Shown here one piece after another: positions 8,463 to 18,838 of a stretch of 48,393 bases of DNA; within the stretch, counting starts at the first letter, position 1, and each line of letters starts with the position of its first letter. A program made the translations under genes and the position numbers. Where the stretch lies: the NCBI GenBank assembly GCA_039961755.1, contig JABRVY010000224.1, positions 1-48,393 on the forward strand. Direction: 5' to 3'. A model generated the notes under the pieces. That model was not told where the DNA came from and searched no databases. It was given only the letters and a program-made list of their open reading frames with translations. This DNA is from Acidobacteriota bacterium (GTDB lineage: Bacteria > Acidobacteriota > Thermoanaerobaculia > Thermoanaerobaculales > Thermoanaerobaculaceae).

Positions 8463-9899
8463 TCAGTGCCGCCAAAACTGCCGGGAAAACAGCACGAGAA
8501 TGGTGAAGATCTCCAATCTTCCCAGCAGCATACATGCCGACAACAGGAGCTTGACCGCAGCTGGAAAGGAGGAGAAGTTGTCCATCGCCCCAACCGCCCC
8601 TAGCCCGGGCCCGACGTTGCCGATGGCGGTCAGGGAGGCGGAAACGGCGGTGGCGAAATCGTACCCGGCGGCGGTCACCACGGCGGCCGCTCCCCCCGCC
8701 AGGAGCACATAGGCGGTGAGGAAGGCGGCGACCCCCGACAACACGCCGTCGCTCACCACCTGACCGTGGTACTTCACCGGCACCACCGCGTGCGGGTGAA
8801 TGAAGCGATGCACCGTGGCGCGCAGGGAGCGCAGCGCCAGGAGAATGCGCAGACTCTTGGGTCCCCCACCGGTGGAGCCCGACATGCCACCGAACAGCAT
8901 CAGCGCCACCAGCAGGAACTGCGCTGCGTGCGGCCACAGCTCGTAGTCGACGGACACGTAGCCGGTGGTGGTGACGATGGAGACGGTCTGAAAGAGCGCC
9001 GCCCGGACCGTGTCGTGTACCCCTTTCCCTTGGTCCCAGAGCACGGCGAACAGCAGCACCGCAGCCCCACCCACGACAGCGAGAAAGTAGCGCAGTTCCA
9101 CGTCGCGAACCACGTCGCTCCAGCGACCGGTCAGTGCCTTGTAGTGCAACACGAAGTTCATCCCGGCGGCGAGCATGAAGACGATCACCACCCACTCCAC
9201 CGCCGGCGAGGAGAACTCCCCCACCGAGGCGTTGCGCGTCGAAAACCCCCCCGTCGCCAGGGTAGTGAGGGCGTGGCAGAGGGCGTCGAACCAGCTCAAA
9301 CCACACAGCATCAGCGCCAGCCACTGGGCCACCGTGAAGCCCACGTACAGGCCCCACAGCGTTCTGGCCGTGGCTGCCAGGCGCGGGCGCACCTTGTCCG
9401 CCACCGGACCCGGTACCTCGGCCTTGAAAAGCTGCATCCCGCCGATCCCCAGCAGTGGAAGTATGGCGATGGTAAAGAGGATGATGCCCATGCCCCCCAG
9501 CCACTGCGTCATTGCTCGCCACAGCAGCAGCGACCGGGGCAGAGCAGAAACGTCAGCAATCACCGTGGATCCGGTGGTGGTGAACCCCGACACCGACTCG
9601 AAGAGGGCGTCCACCGGCCCCAGGCTGCCGCTCAACAGGTACGGCAACGCCCCTACCAGGGAAGTCACTGCCCACGCCCCGCTGACCACCAGAAAGCCGT
9701 CCCGGGCGCGCAGGTTACGCTCCTTCGTCTGGGTTACCGCAACGAGTCCAGCGCCCGCCACCCCGGCCAGCAGGAGAGCGCTCACGAACGGGCCGGGTGC
9801 ATCTTCAAAGGCCACCGCAGCCACCAGCGGTACAAGCAAGAGGCCGGCAACCACCAGCAGCAGCCACCCCAGAAGGTGGAGGTCGAACCGCCGGTTCAT
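8463..9899 (-). CDS. trkH: Trk-type potassium uptake protein TrkH
   Basis: 478 aa polytopic protein with four pore-loop motifs (TTTGST, LATGGFS, VTTTGY, GGMSGSTGGG). Its ATG overlaps the trkA stop (ATGA at 9896..9899). Confidence 0.9.
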   Translation of the reverse strand: MNRRFDLHLLGWLLLVVAGLLLVPLVAAVAFEDAPGPFVSALLLAGVAGAGLVAVTQTKERNLRARDGFLVVSGAWAVTSLVGALPYLLSGSLGPVDALFESVSGFTTTGSTVIADVSALPRSLLLWRAMTQWLGGMGIILFTIAILPLLGIGGMQLFKAEVPGPVADKVRPRLAATARTLWGLYVGFTVAQWLALMLCGLSWFDALCHALTTLATGGFSTRNASVGEFSSPAVEWVVIVFMLAAGMNFVLHYKALTGRWSDVVRDVELRYFLAVVGGAAVLLFAVLWDQGKGVHDTVRAALFQTVSIVTTTGYVSVDYELWPHAAQFLLVALMLFGGMSGSTGGGPKSLRILLALRSLRATVHRFIHPHAVVPVKYHGQVVSDGVLSGVAAFLTAYVLLAGGAAAVVTAAGYDFATAVSASLTAIGNVGPGLGAVGAMDNFSSFPAAVKLLLSACMLLGRLEIFTILVLFSRQFWRH

Positions 9900-11248
9900 T
9901 GCCCGCCCACGAAGGCATCCAGCTCGGCGGCGCGCGCCGTGGAGGTGATCAGCAGCGCCCGATCGCCCACCAGGATGCGATCACCTCCTCCGGGTACGAT
10001 CACGTTCTTGCCACGCAGCAGCGCTGCCACCAGAGTGCCGCGGGGCAACCCCAGTTCTGCCAGTGGCGGTCCCACCAGCCGACTGCCTGACTCCACCTCC
10101 ACCTCCACCAGCTCGATGAGGTCCTCCATGAGAGCCGCCGCCGCCCGGACCCGACCGCGGCGCACGAACTGCACCGCCAGACCCACCGTGAGCAGGCGCG
10201 GCGAGACCACCGCATCGATCCCAAGTTCCCCCACCATGCGCGTCAGCGCCGGATTGTCCACCAGCGAGAAGGCCCGCGCCGCCCCCAGTCGCCGCGCCAG
10301 CAGGCACGCCATGACGTTCAGGGAGCTGTCGTCGGTGCAGGCCACGAAGGCAGAGGCCCGCTCGACCCCTTCCTCTTCCAGGACTTCCCGATCGGTGGCC
10401 TGGGCACGCACCACCACGGTGCGCTTCAACTGCGCCGCGGCCGCCTCGGCCACCTCGAGATCGTCCTCGAAGAGGGTAACGTCCTCGTTGCGGGCCTCCA
10501 GCCGCTGGGCGAGTTCCAGGCCGATCCGGCTCGCCCCGGCGATCATCACCCGCTCTTCGCTGCCCCGGCGAACCCCCAGCAGCTTGAGAACGTTGCCCAG
10601 CTCGTGCGGGTCAATGGCGAAGTAGGCCAGATCTCCGGCGCGAAACTCATCCTCGCCGTGGGGGACGAAGGACTCCTCCCCCCGCCGGATGGCCACCGCC
10701 AGCACCGGTGGCGACGGGAAGAGCAGGCGCAGGTGGGAGAGCAGCAGACCCTCGAAGTCGCTGCCGGCGGGAATCGGGAAGCCGGCGATGATCAGCTTCC
10801 CATCGAGAAAGGTAACCACATCCACGGCCCCCGGCACCGGCAGGAGCGACAGGATCTTCTCCACCGCCGCCTGGTCGGGATTGATGCACACATGCTCACC
10901 GCCCAGCCGCTGGGCGATGGCGGCGAAGCTCGCCTCGTGGCTGCGATCGCGCAGTCGGGCCACCACCCGCGGCACCTTGAACAGCGCCGAGCCCATCAGC
11001 GCCACCACCATGTTGGCCTCATCCGAGGAGGTGCAGGCAAAGAGAACGTCGCACTCCTCGATGCCCGCCTGCCGCAGCACCTCCACCGCCGTGCCGTTAC
11101 CCGCCACGACCTGCACGTCCAGGTCGTCGGCCAGCCCCTGCAGGCGTTCCCGGTCGCTCTCCACGATAACCACGTCATGCCGATCCCGGGCCAGCCTCGC
11201 CGCCAGGGTCGAGCCCACCAGCCCTCCTCCCACCACCAGCGCGCGCAT
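9896..11248 (-). CDS. trkA: Trk system NAD-binding subunit TrkA (tandem RCK domains)
   Basis: 450 aa with two Rossmann/RCK repeats (VVGGGLVGSTLA and IAGASRIGLELA). It lies immediately upstream of trkH. Confidence 0.9.
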   Translation of the reverse strand: MRALVVGGGLVGSTLAARLARDRHDVVIVESDRERLQGLADDLDVQVVAGNGTAVEVLRQAGIEECDVLFACTSSDEANMVVALMGSALFKVPRVVARLRDRSHEASFAAIAQRLGGEHVCINPDQAAVEKILSLLPVPGAVDVVTFLDGKLIIAGFPIPAGSDFEGLLLSHLRLLFPSPPVLAVAIRRGEESFVPHGEDEFRAGDLAYFAIDPHELGNVLKLLGVRRGSEERVMIAGASRIGLELAQRLEARNEDVTLFEDDLEVAEAAAAQLKRTVVVRAQATDREVLEEEGVERASAFVACTDDSSLNVMACLLARRLGAARAFSLVDNPALTRMVGELGIDAVVSPRLLTVGLAVQFVRRGRVRAAAALMEDLIELVEVEVESGSRLVGPPLAELGLPRGTLVAALLRGKNVIVPGGGDRILVGDRALLITSTARAAELDAFVGGQ

Positions 11249-11388
11249 GCCGCTAGCTTACCCCCAATCCCGACCGTCGGGCCTTCGCGTGGCGTTGCTG
11301 GAATGCCGGGCGTCGCTCCACGGTTGCGCAGCACGACCGCCAACCACCCCGCCTGGGTACGTGACGACGGCGGTCGAGGAGAACGTGC

Positions 11389-11634
11389 ATGTCCGATCCC
11401 GTGGTTGCATCTCGCAAGTCCGTGCGCCTGACCCTGACCCCCGGTACCTACTGGTGGTGCAGCTGTGGTCGCTCCGCGAGCCAGCCGTTTTGCGACGGCT
11501 CCCACAAGGGGACGGAGTTTTCACCCCTCCAGTTCGAAGTGGAGCGGGAGCGCGAGGTCTTTCTTTGCCAGTGCAAGCACACCAGGACGCCCCCCCACTG
11601 CGACGGATCCCACAAGGCCTTGCCCCAAGCGTAA
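11389..11634 (+). CDS. Tandem CDGSH iron-sulfur domain protein
   Basis: 81 aa, with GAGGAG 7 nt upstream of the ATG. Two complete C-x-C-x8-9-C-D-G-S-H motifs are present (CSCGRSASQPFCDGSH and CQCKHTRTPPHCDGSH). Confidence 0.85.
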   Translation: MSDPVVASRKSVRLTLTPGTYWWCSCGRSASQPFCDGSHKGTEFSPLQFEVEREREVFLCQCKHTRTPPHCDGSHKALPQA

Positions 11635-11653
11635 GCGGTGGCGCCGGCCCTGA

Positions 11654-13033
<1,380 letters not shown>

Positions 13034-13370
13034 TCAGCACCAAGCCTTGTTCCCCGTTGGCGAACTGGCCATCGCTCGCGGCGGCCACAGCGCCGCCTCC
13101 ATTGGCGAAGCCTTGTCACCGGCAATCCTCTCGATCAGAGGGCGACGCTTTCACCCACGGGTCCGGGGGCACCAGCGCTTCGGGTCGACCCTGGGCATCG
13201 GGCACCACACGGGACGAGCGTCAGACAGCGTGTCCCCCGGGAGATCCGAGACCGCCGCTCCTTGACCGCGCGCCCCCGGCCATCCCGTTGTTTCCTTCGC
13301 TCGGCCACCCCACCGCCGCAGCGCCTCGAACCCCTGCCGACGCACACCCCTCCTCGTCCCCTTCGACGTG

Positions 13371-13376
13371 TATAAT
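13371..13376 (+). promoter_or_regulatory. Possible -10 hexamer TATAAT for the coiled-coil gene
   Basis: A perfect TATAAT lies 18 nt upstream of the ATG at 13395. No convincing -35 was found, and it would imply a very short leader. Confidence 0.3.
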
Positions 13377-13394
13377 GTCTTGGGAGCATTTGCG

Positions 13395-14276
13395 ATGCCC
13401 GGGTTTTCGCGCAGCCTCGCAGAACTGGCCACTCTGGCGGGAGACGCCCTCGACGCCAGAGCCGCCCAGGTGCTGCTGCGCGCCTTTTCCGAGCTGCACG
13501 AGGAACTCGCCGACCAGGTGACCAAGGCGGAGTTTCGCGAGTTGACAGCCACCGTCCAGAAGCTCGCCGAGGCCCAGAAGCGCACCGAACTGCGGGTCGA
13601 GGAGCTCGCCGAGGCCCAGAAGCGTACCGAACTTCGCGTCGAGGAACTCGCCGAGGCTCAAAAACGCACCGAACTGCGCGTCGAGGAACTCGCCGAGGCC
13701 CAGAACCGCAGCGAGGCGCGCCTCGACCGCCTCGAGCAAGCCGTTGCGGAGCTCGCCGAAGCCCAGCGACGCACCGAGCTGCGCGTGGAGGAGCTGGCGC
13801 GGGCCCAGCTGCGCACCGAAGAAACGGTGCGCCAGCTGGTGATGGACATGAAGCACGTGAAGGAAGAGTTGGGAGGTCTCTCCCACGCTGTGGGGTACGG
13901 CCTGGAGAACCTCGCCTACCGCACCCTCCCCCGCCTGCTGCGGGAGCGCTTCCAGCTCACCCTCACCGAGCCCCTGCGCCGGCGCTTCCTCCCCATCGGC
14001 GAGCGGATGCTGGAGGTCAACCTCTGGGGCCTGGCCGCCCGGCCCGACGGGCAGGCGGTGCGGGTGGTGGGCGAGGCCAAGACTCGCCTGTCGGCCGCCA
14101 AGCACTTCAAGGGCGTGGAACGGCTCCTCTCTGCCACCAGGCCCCACTGGGGAACGACGGAAGCGTTCGTCGTCTTGCTCTGCCACGTGGCCCTCCCCGG
14201 CACCGAGGAGGAGGCGCGCACGCGCGGCTGGTGGGTGGTGGAGAGCTGGGAGCTGGAGGCGCCGTCGGTGGCGTAA
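13395..14276 (+). CDS. Coiled-coil protein with a C-terminal PD-(D/E)XK-like domain (DUF3782 / PDDEXK_10-like architecture)
   Basis: Frame of ORF 13368..14276; I prefer the ATG at 13395. The N-terminal half has 14-aa repeats [14 protein letters not shown]. The C-terminal half carries E...EVNLWG...GEAKTR, consistent with a restriction-endonuclease-like core. The family assignment is from memory, not searched. Confidence 0.6.
   Translation: MPGFSRSLAELATLAGDALDARAAQVLLRAFSELHEELADQVTKAEFRELTATVQKLAEAQKRTELRVEELAEAQKRTELRVEELAEAQKRTELRVEELAEAQNRSEARLDRLEQAVAELAEAQRRTELRVEELARAQLRTEETVRQLVMDMKHVKEELGGLSHAVGYGLENLAYRTLPRLLRERFQLTLTEPLRRRFLPIGERMLEVNLWGLAARPDGQAVRVVGEAKTRLSAAKHFKGVERLLSATRPHWGTTEAFVVLLCHVALPGTEEEARTRGWWVVESWELEAPSVA
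13563..13688 (+). repeat. Three tandem in-frame 42-bp repeats, with degenerate copies continuing to about 13835
   Basis: The copies start at 13563, 13605 and 13647 and all encode [14 protein letters not shown]. The copies differ at 7 sites, all third-position synonymous. Degenerate copies start at 13689, 13752 and 13794. Confidence 0.9.
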
Positions 14277-14368
14277 ACGCCACGCCGACGCAGGGCTTTC
14301 GGAAGAATTACCAGCTGCGAGTTGAAATCCTGCGGAGCCGGAGTTGGCGGAAAACCTCTCCCCGGAGT

Positions 14369-15496
14369 TCAGCGCAGCGCCGTGCCCACCGCCACCCCGA
14401 TGAAGGTCGCCAGGGCGTAGCCCAGCGTGCCGCACAGCACCGCCGGGATCACCAGCCCCTTCCATCCGCGCGCGGCGGCCATGGCGGCGGCGGTGGCCGG
14501 CCCTCCCATGTTGGCGTTGGAGGCCACCACCAGTTCCACCAGGTCGGCGCGCACGAGACGGCCCGCCAGCAGGATGACGGCCAGATGAACGGCCAGAATC
14601 AGGGCCGCGAACACGAAGAGGGAAAGCCCCACCCGCACAACCGTCCCCACGTGGGCGCCAGCGCCAATGGTGGCGAAGAACACCTGCATCAGCACCACCC
14701 CCAGCTCGTCGGCCCCTCCCAGGGTGGCCAGTCGGCCGGGGACCAGGGTGGCGGCGGCAACCGCGAGCAGTGTCAGCCCGAGAATACCCGCACCCGGTAC
14801 GTTCGCGATCCTGGCCAGGGCAAAACCACCGCCACAGATGGCGGCGGCGTAGGCGAGGGCAGCGAGCATCCCCGCCGCCGTCGCCGGCTGAAATTCCACC
14901 GTCGCGCCGTCCCCAGCCTCCTCGATTCCGGTGCGTCGAGGATAGCGGCGCCGAAGCCACGCCAGCGAGGGGAGCGCAAACAGAATCAGGAAATACAGCG
15001 TCATCACCAGGTTGTCCGCCGCCACCCCGGCGGCGAGGAGGTCCGGGGAGCTCAACCCCAGCGCCTGCGCCACCGCCACGTAGTTGATCGACCCACCGAT
15101 GTAGGTGGCGCAGAACACCCCCGCCAGCTTGAACCCATCCTCGCCCAGCGGTACCAGGTGAAAGGCCACCAGCGTGCCAGCCACGGTGCCCGCAGCTCCC
15201 AGAATGAAGGCGACCAGCATCGGGCCGGACTCCTTGACGATGCGACGCAGGTCGGCGCGCACCAGCAGCAGGGGAATGGCCAGCGGTACCAGATACCCCC
15301 AAACCGTGTCGTAGGCGGGCGCCGAGGCAGGTAGCACCCCGACGTTGGACAGGAGGAATCCCCCGCCAATCGCCAGCACGGCTCCCGAAAAGCTGCGTCC
15401 CCACCGCGTACGCTCGGCCGCCAGCGCTCCAGCGCCGGTGGCCAGCAGCACCGCCCACAGGAGCCAGTGATCGTCGGGGGACACCAGCGGCGTCAT
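14369..15496 (-). CDS. DUF819-family integral membrane protein
   Basis: Frame of ORF 14369..15625, using the internal ATG at 15496 (MTPLVSPDDHWLLWAVLL...). Polytopic, with the CATYIGGSINYVAV segment typical of DUF819. Confidence 0.72.
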   Translation of the reverse strand: MTPLVSPDDHWLLWAVLLATGAGALAAERTRWGRSFSGAVLAIGGGFLLSNVGVLPASAPAYDTVWGYLVPLAIPLLLVRADLRRIVKESGPMLVAFILGAAGTVAGTLVAFHLVPLGEDGFKLAGVFCATYIGGSINYVAVAQALGLSSPDLLAAGVAADNLVMTLYFLILFALPSLAWLRRRYPRRTGIEEAGDGATVEFQPATAAGMLAALAYAAAICGGGFALARIANVPGAGILGLTLLAVAAATLVPGRLATLGGADELGVVLMQVFFATIGAGAHVGTVVRVGLSLFVFAALILAVHLAVILLAGRLVRADLVELVVASNANMGGPATAAAMAAARGWKGLVIPAVLCGTLGYALATFIGVAVGTALR

Positions 15497-15533
15497 GCCA
15501 GCGAATCCTAGCCCACCGCGAGAGTCTCCCACC

Positions 15534-17375
15534 TCACCCCATCGCCACCCGGACGGTGTTCTTGCCCGCCGCCTTGCCCTCGTAGACCGCCGCATCGGCG
15601 CGGCGCAGCGCTGCGTCGAAGTCACCGTCGCTGCAGATGCTCACTCCCAAGGTCACGGTCACCACGCCGGGCCCTGCAGCGACCCCCACGATTCCACTGG
15701 CGACAGCGGCGCGAATCTTCTCCGCCACCCGAGCCGCCCCCTCGAGGTTGGTGTCGGGCAGCACGATGAGGAACTCCTCTCCCCCCCAGCGCGCCACCGC
15801 GTCGCTGGATCGCACGCAGCCGACGATGGCGCTGGCCACCCTCTTGAGGACCTCGTCCCCCTGCCTGTGCCCGAAGGTGTCGTTGATGCGCTTGAAATCG
15901 TCGATATCCGCCAGAGCCAGCGCCAGCGGCGTGGCCTGACGCCGCACCCGCGCCAGTTCGCGAGTCAGGATCTCCATCACCCCGCGGCGGTTGTACAACC
16001 CGGTCAGCTCGTCGGTGCGCGCCAGCACCTCCACCTGCCCCAGCGCCCGTTCCAGCGCCGCGTTGGTGGCGGCAATGGCGTTGGCGCTTCGCACCTTCAG
16101 CCGGTAGCCGGCGACCAGCAGGCCGATGACCACCATCGCCAGCCCCAGCATGGCCGTCACCGCCCAGCGCGCCGTTCTCTCGGCCCGCCGTTGACCCTCC
16201 AGCACCGCGATCTCCTGCTCCTTGCGCGCAGACTCGAAGGCGATGACCAGCTTGTTGACCCGCGCCGCCTTCTCCGTCCCCACCACCTCTTCGTCGATGG
16301 CCTGAAAACGACGGAAGCTGGCCAGGGCCAGGGCCGGCCGCCCCATCGCGTCGTACACTTCCGCCAGCTCGCGGTGGGCGTCTGCAGCCATGCGCCGGTC
16401 CTCCAGGCGCTCGGCCAGCGACAATCCCTCACGGACCGCCCTCAACGCTCCGTTGAGATCGCCCTGCCGACGCCGCACCCCGGCCAGCTTGATCAGGTTG
16501 TCGGCAATGCCGCGCCGTCGGTCGGTGCGCTGGCAGACCTCCAGGGCGCGCACGATGAACGCCTCGGCCTCTTCCAGATGTCCAGCCGCCAGATGCACCG
16601 AGCCGGCACCGGCCAGCGCCAGGCTCAACAGGTACTGATCGCCCAACGACTCCGCGGTGCGGCGCGCCTCCTCATACGAGGCCAGGGCCGCCTCCATCTG
16701 CTTGAGATCCTGCTGCAAGCCGCCGAGGTTGTAGCGGCATCCGGCCACCCCGCCGGGGTAGTCGAGCGCCTGGTAGCGGGCCAGCGCGCTCTGGTAGTAC
16801 TCCATCGCCCGTGGGATGTCCCCCAGGGCCCTGAGCACGTTACCGATCGCCGCCTGCAGGTGGGCGATGTGCAGGGGAGCGGGACCCGGGTCCGGCAGGC
16901 GTGCCAGTTCCTCGAAACGCCTCAACGCCTCCAGGTAGTGGCGCAGTGCCGACTCGTAGTCAGTGAGAAAATAGTACATGTCCCCCAGCCGTCGCAGGCT
17001 GCGCCCCAGCTCCATGCCCTCGCCCAGCTCGGCAAATCGCCGCCGCGCCTCGTGGTAGAGCTCCAGGGCCGCGCGATGGTCGCCCTGCACCCGGGCGGCG
17101 TCCGCCCGGATGAATGTCACCCTGGCCAGAACGCGCCGATCGTCCGGGCGCCGGCTCCGCGCCTCGGCCTGCTCGGCGAGCTCCAGCGCCCGCCGGGGGT
17201 CGCGCTCCACCACCTCCCGCGCCTGCCGCAGCAACTCCTCGATGTGAGACCGTGGCGGGGAGGGTTTCTTCTCGCCAGGGGGGCCGACCTCGCCGCCGGC
17301 GAAGCACACCACACCCGGCCAGCACGGCAGCGACAGCAGAACCGTCACCAGCGCCGTGGCGCGCGGTTGGCCCAT
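15534..17375 (-). CDS. TPR-repeat sensor diguanylate cyclase (signal peptide, TPR repeats, TM segment, GGDEF domain)
   Basis: 613 aa. It has multiple TPR-like repeats and one TM segment (WAVTAMLGLAMVVIGLLVAGY). The GGDEF domain has the active site GGEEF and an RSSD I-site 5 residues upstream. Confidence 0.9.
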   Translation of the reverse strand: MGQPRATALVTVLLSLPCWPGVVCFAGGEVGPPGEKKPSPPRSHIEELLRQAREVVERDPRRALELAEQAEARSRRPDDRRVLARVTFIRADAARVQGDHRAALELYHEARRRFAELGEGMELGRSLRRLGDMYYFLTDYESALRHYLEALRRFEELARLPDPGPAPLHIAHLQAAIGNVLRALGDIPRAMEYYQSALARYQALDYPGGVAGCRYNLGGLQQDLKQMEAALASYEEARRTAESLGDQYLLSLALAGAGSVHLAAGHLEEAEAFIVRALEVCQRTDRRRGIADNLIKLAGVRRRQGDLNGALRAVREGLSLAERLEDRRMAADAHRELAEVYDAMGRPALALASFRRFQAIDEEVVGTEKAARVNKLVIAFESARKEQEIAVLEGQRRAERTARWAVTAMLGLAMVVIGLLVAGYRLKVRSANAIAATNAALERALGQVEVLARTDELTGLYNRRGVMEILTRELARVRRQATPLALALADIDDFKRINDTFGHRQGDEVLKRVASAIVGCVRSSDAVARWGGEEFLIVLPDTNLEGAARVAEKIRAAVASGIVGVAAGPGVVTVTLGVSICSDGDFDAALRRADAAVYEGKAAGKNTVRVAMG

Positions 17376-17433
17376 ACTTCTACTTTACATCCACGGCCGA
17401 CCGGGGAAGTGGTCGGGGACCCGTCGATGCGAC

Positions 17434-18303
17434 GTGGTAGCGTGGGGTGTGCTCGCCGGTCTGGCGCTACTGGGGGTCACCGCCATCTGGGGCTGGACAT
17501 TCGTGCTCGTCCACGAGGCGGTGAAGGCGTACGGGGTGTTGGCGTTCCTCGCGCTTCGCTTTCTCCTGGCGGCCGCACTCCTGGCACCGGCGGTTGGCGC
17601 GCGTCTCACCCGCACCACCCTTTTCGTCGGGTCAGGGATCGGGCTGGTGCTGACGGCCGGGTACCTGTTGCAGACCTGGGGGCTTCGCCATACGACGCCG
17701 ACCAGCGCCGGCCTGATCACGGGCCTGTTTGTGGTCGTCGCTCCTGTCGCCGCCCGACTGCTTTATCGGACTCCCCTCTCGGCGCTGGCCATCTGGGCCA
17801 TTGGCCTCAGCCTGGTGGGTCTGTGGTTGCTCTCGGGCGGTAGCTCTCTTGCCCTCCAGCGGGGCGATTTGCTGGTGCTGGGTTGCGCCCTGGCGTACGG
17901 GGTGCACGTGGCACTCCTGTCACGTCACGCCCCCCACCATGACCCCACAGCCCTCACCTTCGCACAGCTTGCCACCGCCGCCACGGTCTTCACCCTCGCC
18001 TGGCCGGTGGTGGACCCCCTCAGCCTGCCATCGACCCCGGCGGTGTGGATGGCGCTGGGCGTGACCGCCACCCTGGCCTCCTCGCTCGCCTATCTGGTGC
18101 AGACCTGGGCACAGCGGCGTCTGTCTGCCGCCCAGACGGCCGTCATTCTCACTGCCGAACCGATGTTCGCCGCGCTGTTCGGCTACCTCCTGGCGGGCGA
18201 TCGCCTCACCCTCACGCAGCTGGTGGGCGGCGCGCTGATCCTGGTGGCGGTGGCCCTCGTCGAGATCCTGCCGAACCTGCGCGGCCTCACCGGGAGAAGA
18301 TGA
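17434..18303 (+). CDS. DMT-superfamily (EamA-like) transporter
   Basis: Frame of ORF 17356..18303; I prefer the GTG at 17434, just before the first TM segment. It has ten hydrophobic segments arranged as two EamA-like halves. Confidence 0.78.
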   Translation: MVAWGVLAGLALLGVTAIWGWTFVLVHEAVKAYGVLAFLALRFLLAAALLAPAVGARLTRTTLFVGSGIGLVLTAGYLLQTWGLRHTTPTSAGLITGLFVVVAPVAARLLYRTPLSALAIWAIGLSLVGLWLLSGGSSLALQRGDLLVLGCALAYGVHVALLSRHAPHHDPTALTFAQLATAATVFTLAWPVVDPLSLPSTPAVWMALGVTATLASSLAYLVQTWAQRRLSAAQTAVILTAEPMFAALFGYLLAGDRLTLTQLVGGALILVAVALVEILPNLRGLTGRR

Positions 18304-18835
18304 GGTACAGCAAGGGGGCCAGCAGTCCCGCCCCCACCAACCACTTCCCTCTGCCGGCCAAACCCTTACGGCCGGTGATGATGAACATGCCGGTGAAGGC
18401 CAGTACCGCCAGCCCGATGGCGTAGATGTCGGCGAACCAGGTCCACCACCCTTTTCCCTTGTTGAGGTGGAGAAAGTTCACCTCGTAGAGGAAAAAGCGA
18501 CGCGCCCGGTGCTCGTCCTCGACCTCCCCACCGGGAAGTGAAACGGTGAGGGTGCGGTTGTCGAAGAAGACCTTCAAGAGCTCGGGGCCGACCTTAACTG
18601 CCGACACCGGTTCCTCGGCAATGCCCATCCGGCGAGCCACCTCCCGCCCTTGCTCCGCTGCGGAACCTGTCGGTATTTCACCCACCTGATGACGGGTGCG
18701 CTCCAGGCGATAGGAAGGGTTCCAGTCTGCGGTGTGGTTGACGGCCACGCCCGAGATGGCGTACAGCACCGTCAGGCCGGCGAAGAAATACCCGAGGTCC
18801 CGGTGGACCGCGACGAAGGCTCGGCGCCAGCGCAA
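18287..18835 (-). CDS. Small membrane protein with a PepSY-associated-TM-like N-terminus
   Basis: 182 aa with a TTG start at 18835, 3 nt after the upstream stop. The N-terminus RRAFVAVHRDLGYFFAGLTVLYAISGV resembles PepSY_TM helices, and there is a second TM segment near the C-terminus. Confidence 0.45.
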   Translation of the reverse strand: MRWRRAFVAVHRDLGYFFAGLTVLYAISGVAVNHTADWNPSYRLERTRHQVGEIPTGSAAEQGREVARRMGIAEEPVSAVKVGPELLKVFFDNRTLTVSLPGGEVEDEHRARRFFLYEVNFLHLNKGKGWWTWFADIYAIGLAVLAFTGMFIITGRKGLAGRGKWLVGAGLLAPLLYLIFSR

Positions 18836-18838
18836 CGG

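Noticed and set aside
13563-13835. Regular 42-bp repeats that could be mistaken for a CRISPR-like array
   Set aside because: The repeats are contiguous with no spacers. They are in frame inside a coding sequence and encode a coiled-coil peptide repeat.
13221-17843. 745-aa (minus, 13221..15458) and 782-aa (plus, 15495..17843) ORFs
   Set aside because: They are antisense shadows of the coiled-coil and DUF819 genes, and of the GGDEF and EamA genes, respectively. Neither has domain-like sequence.
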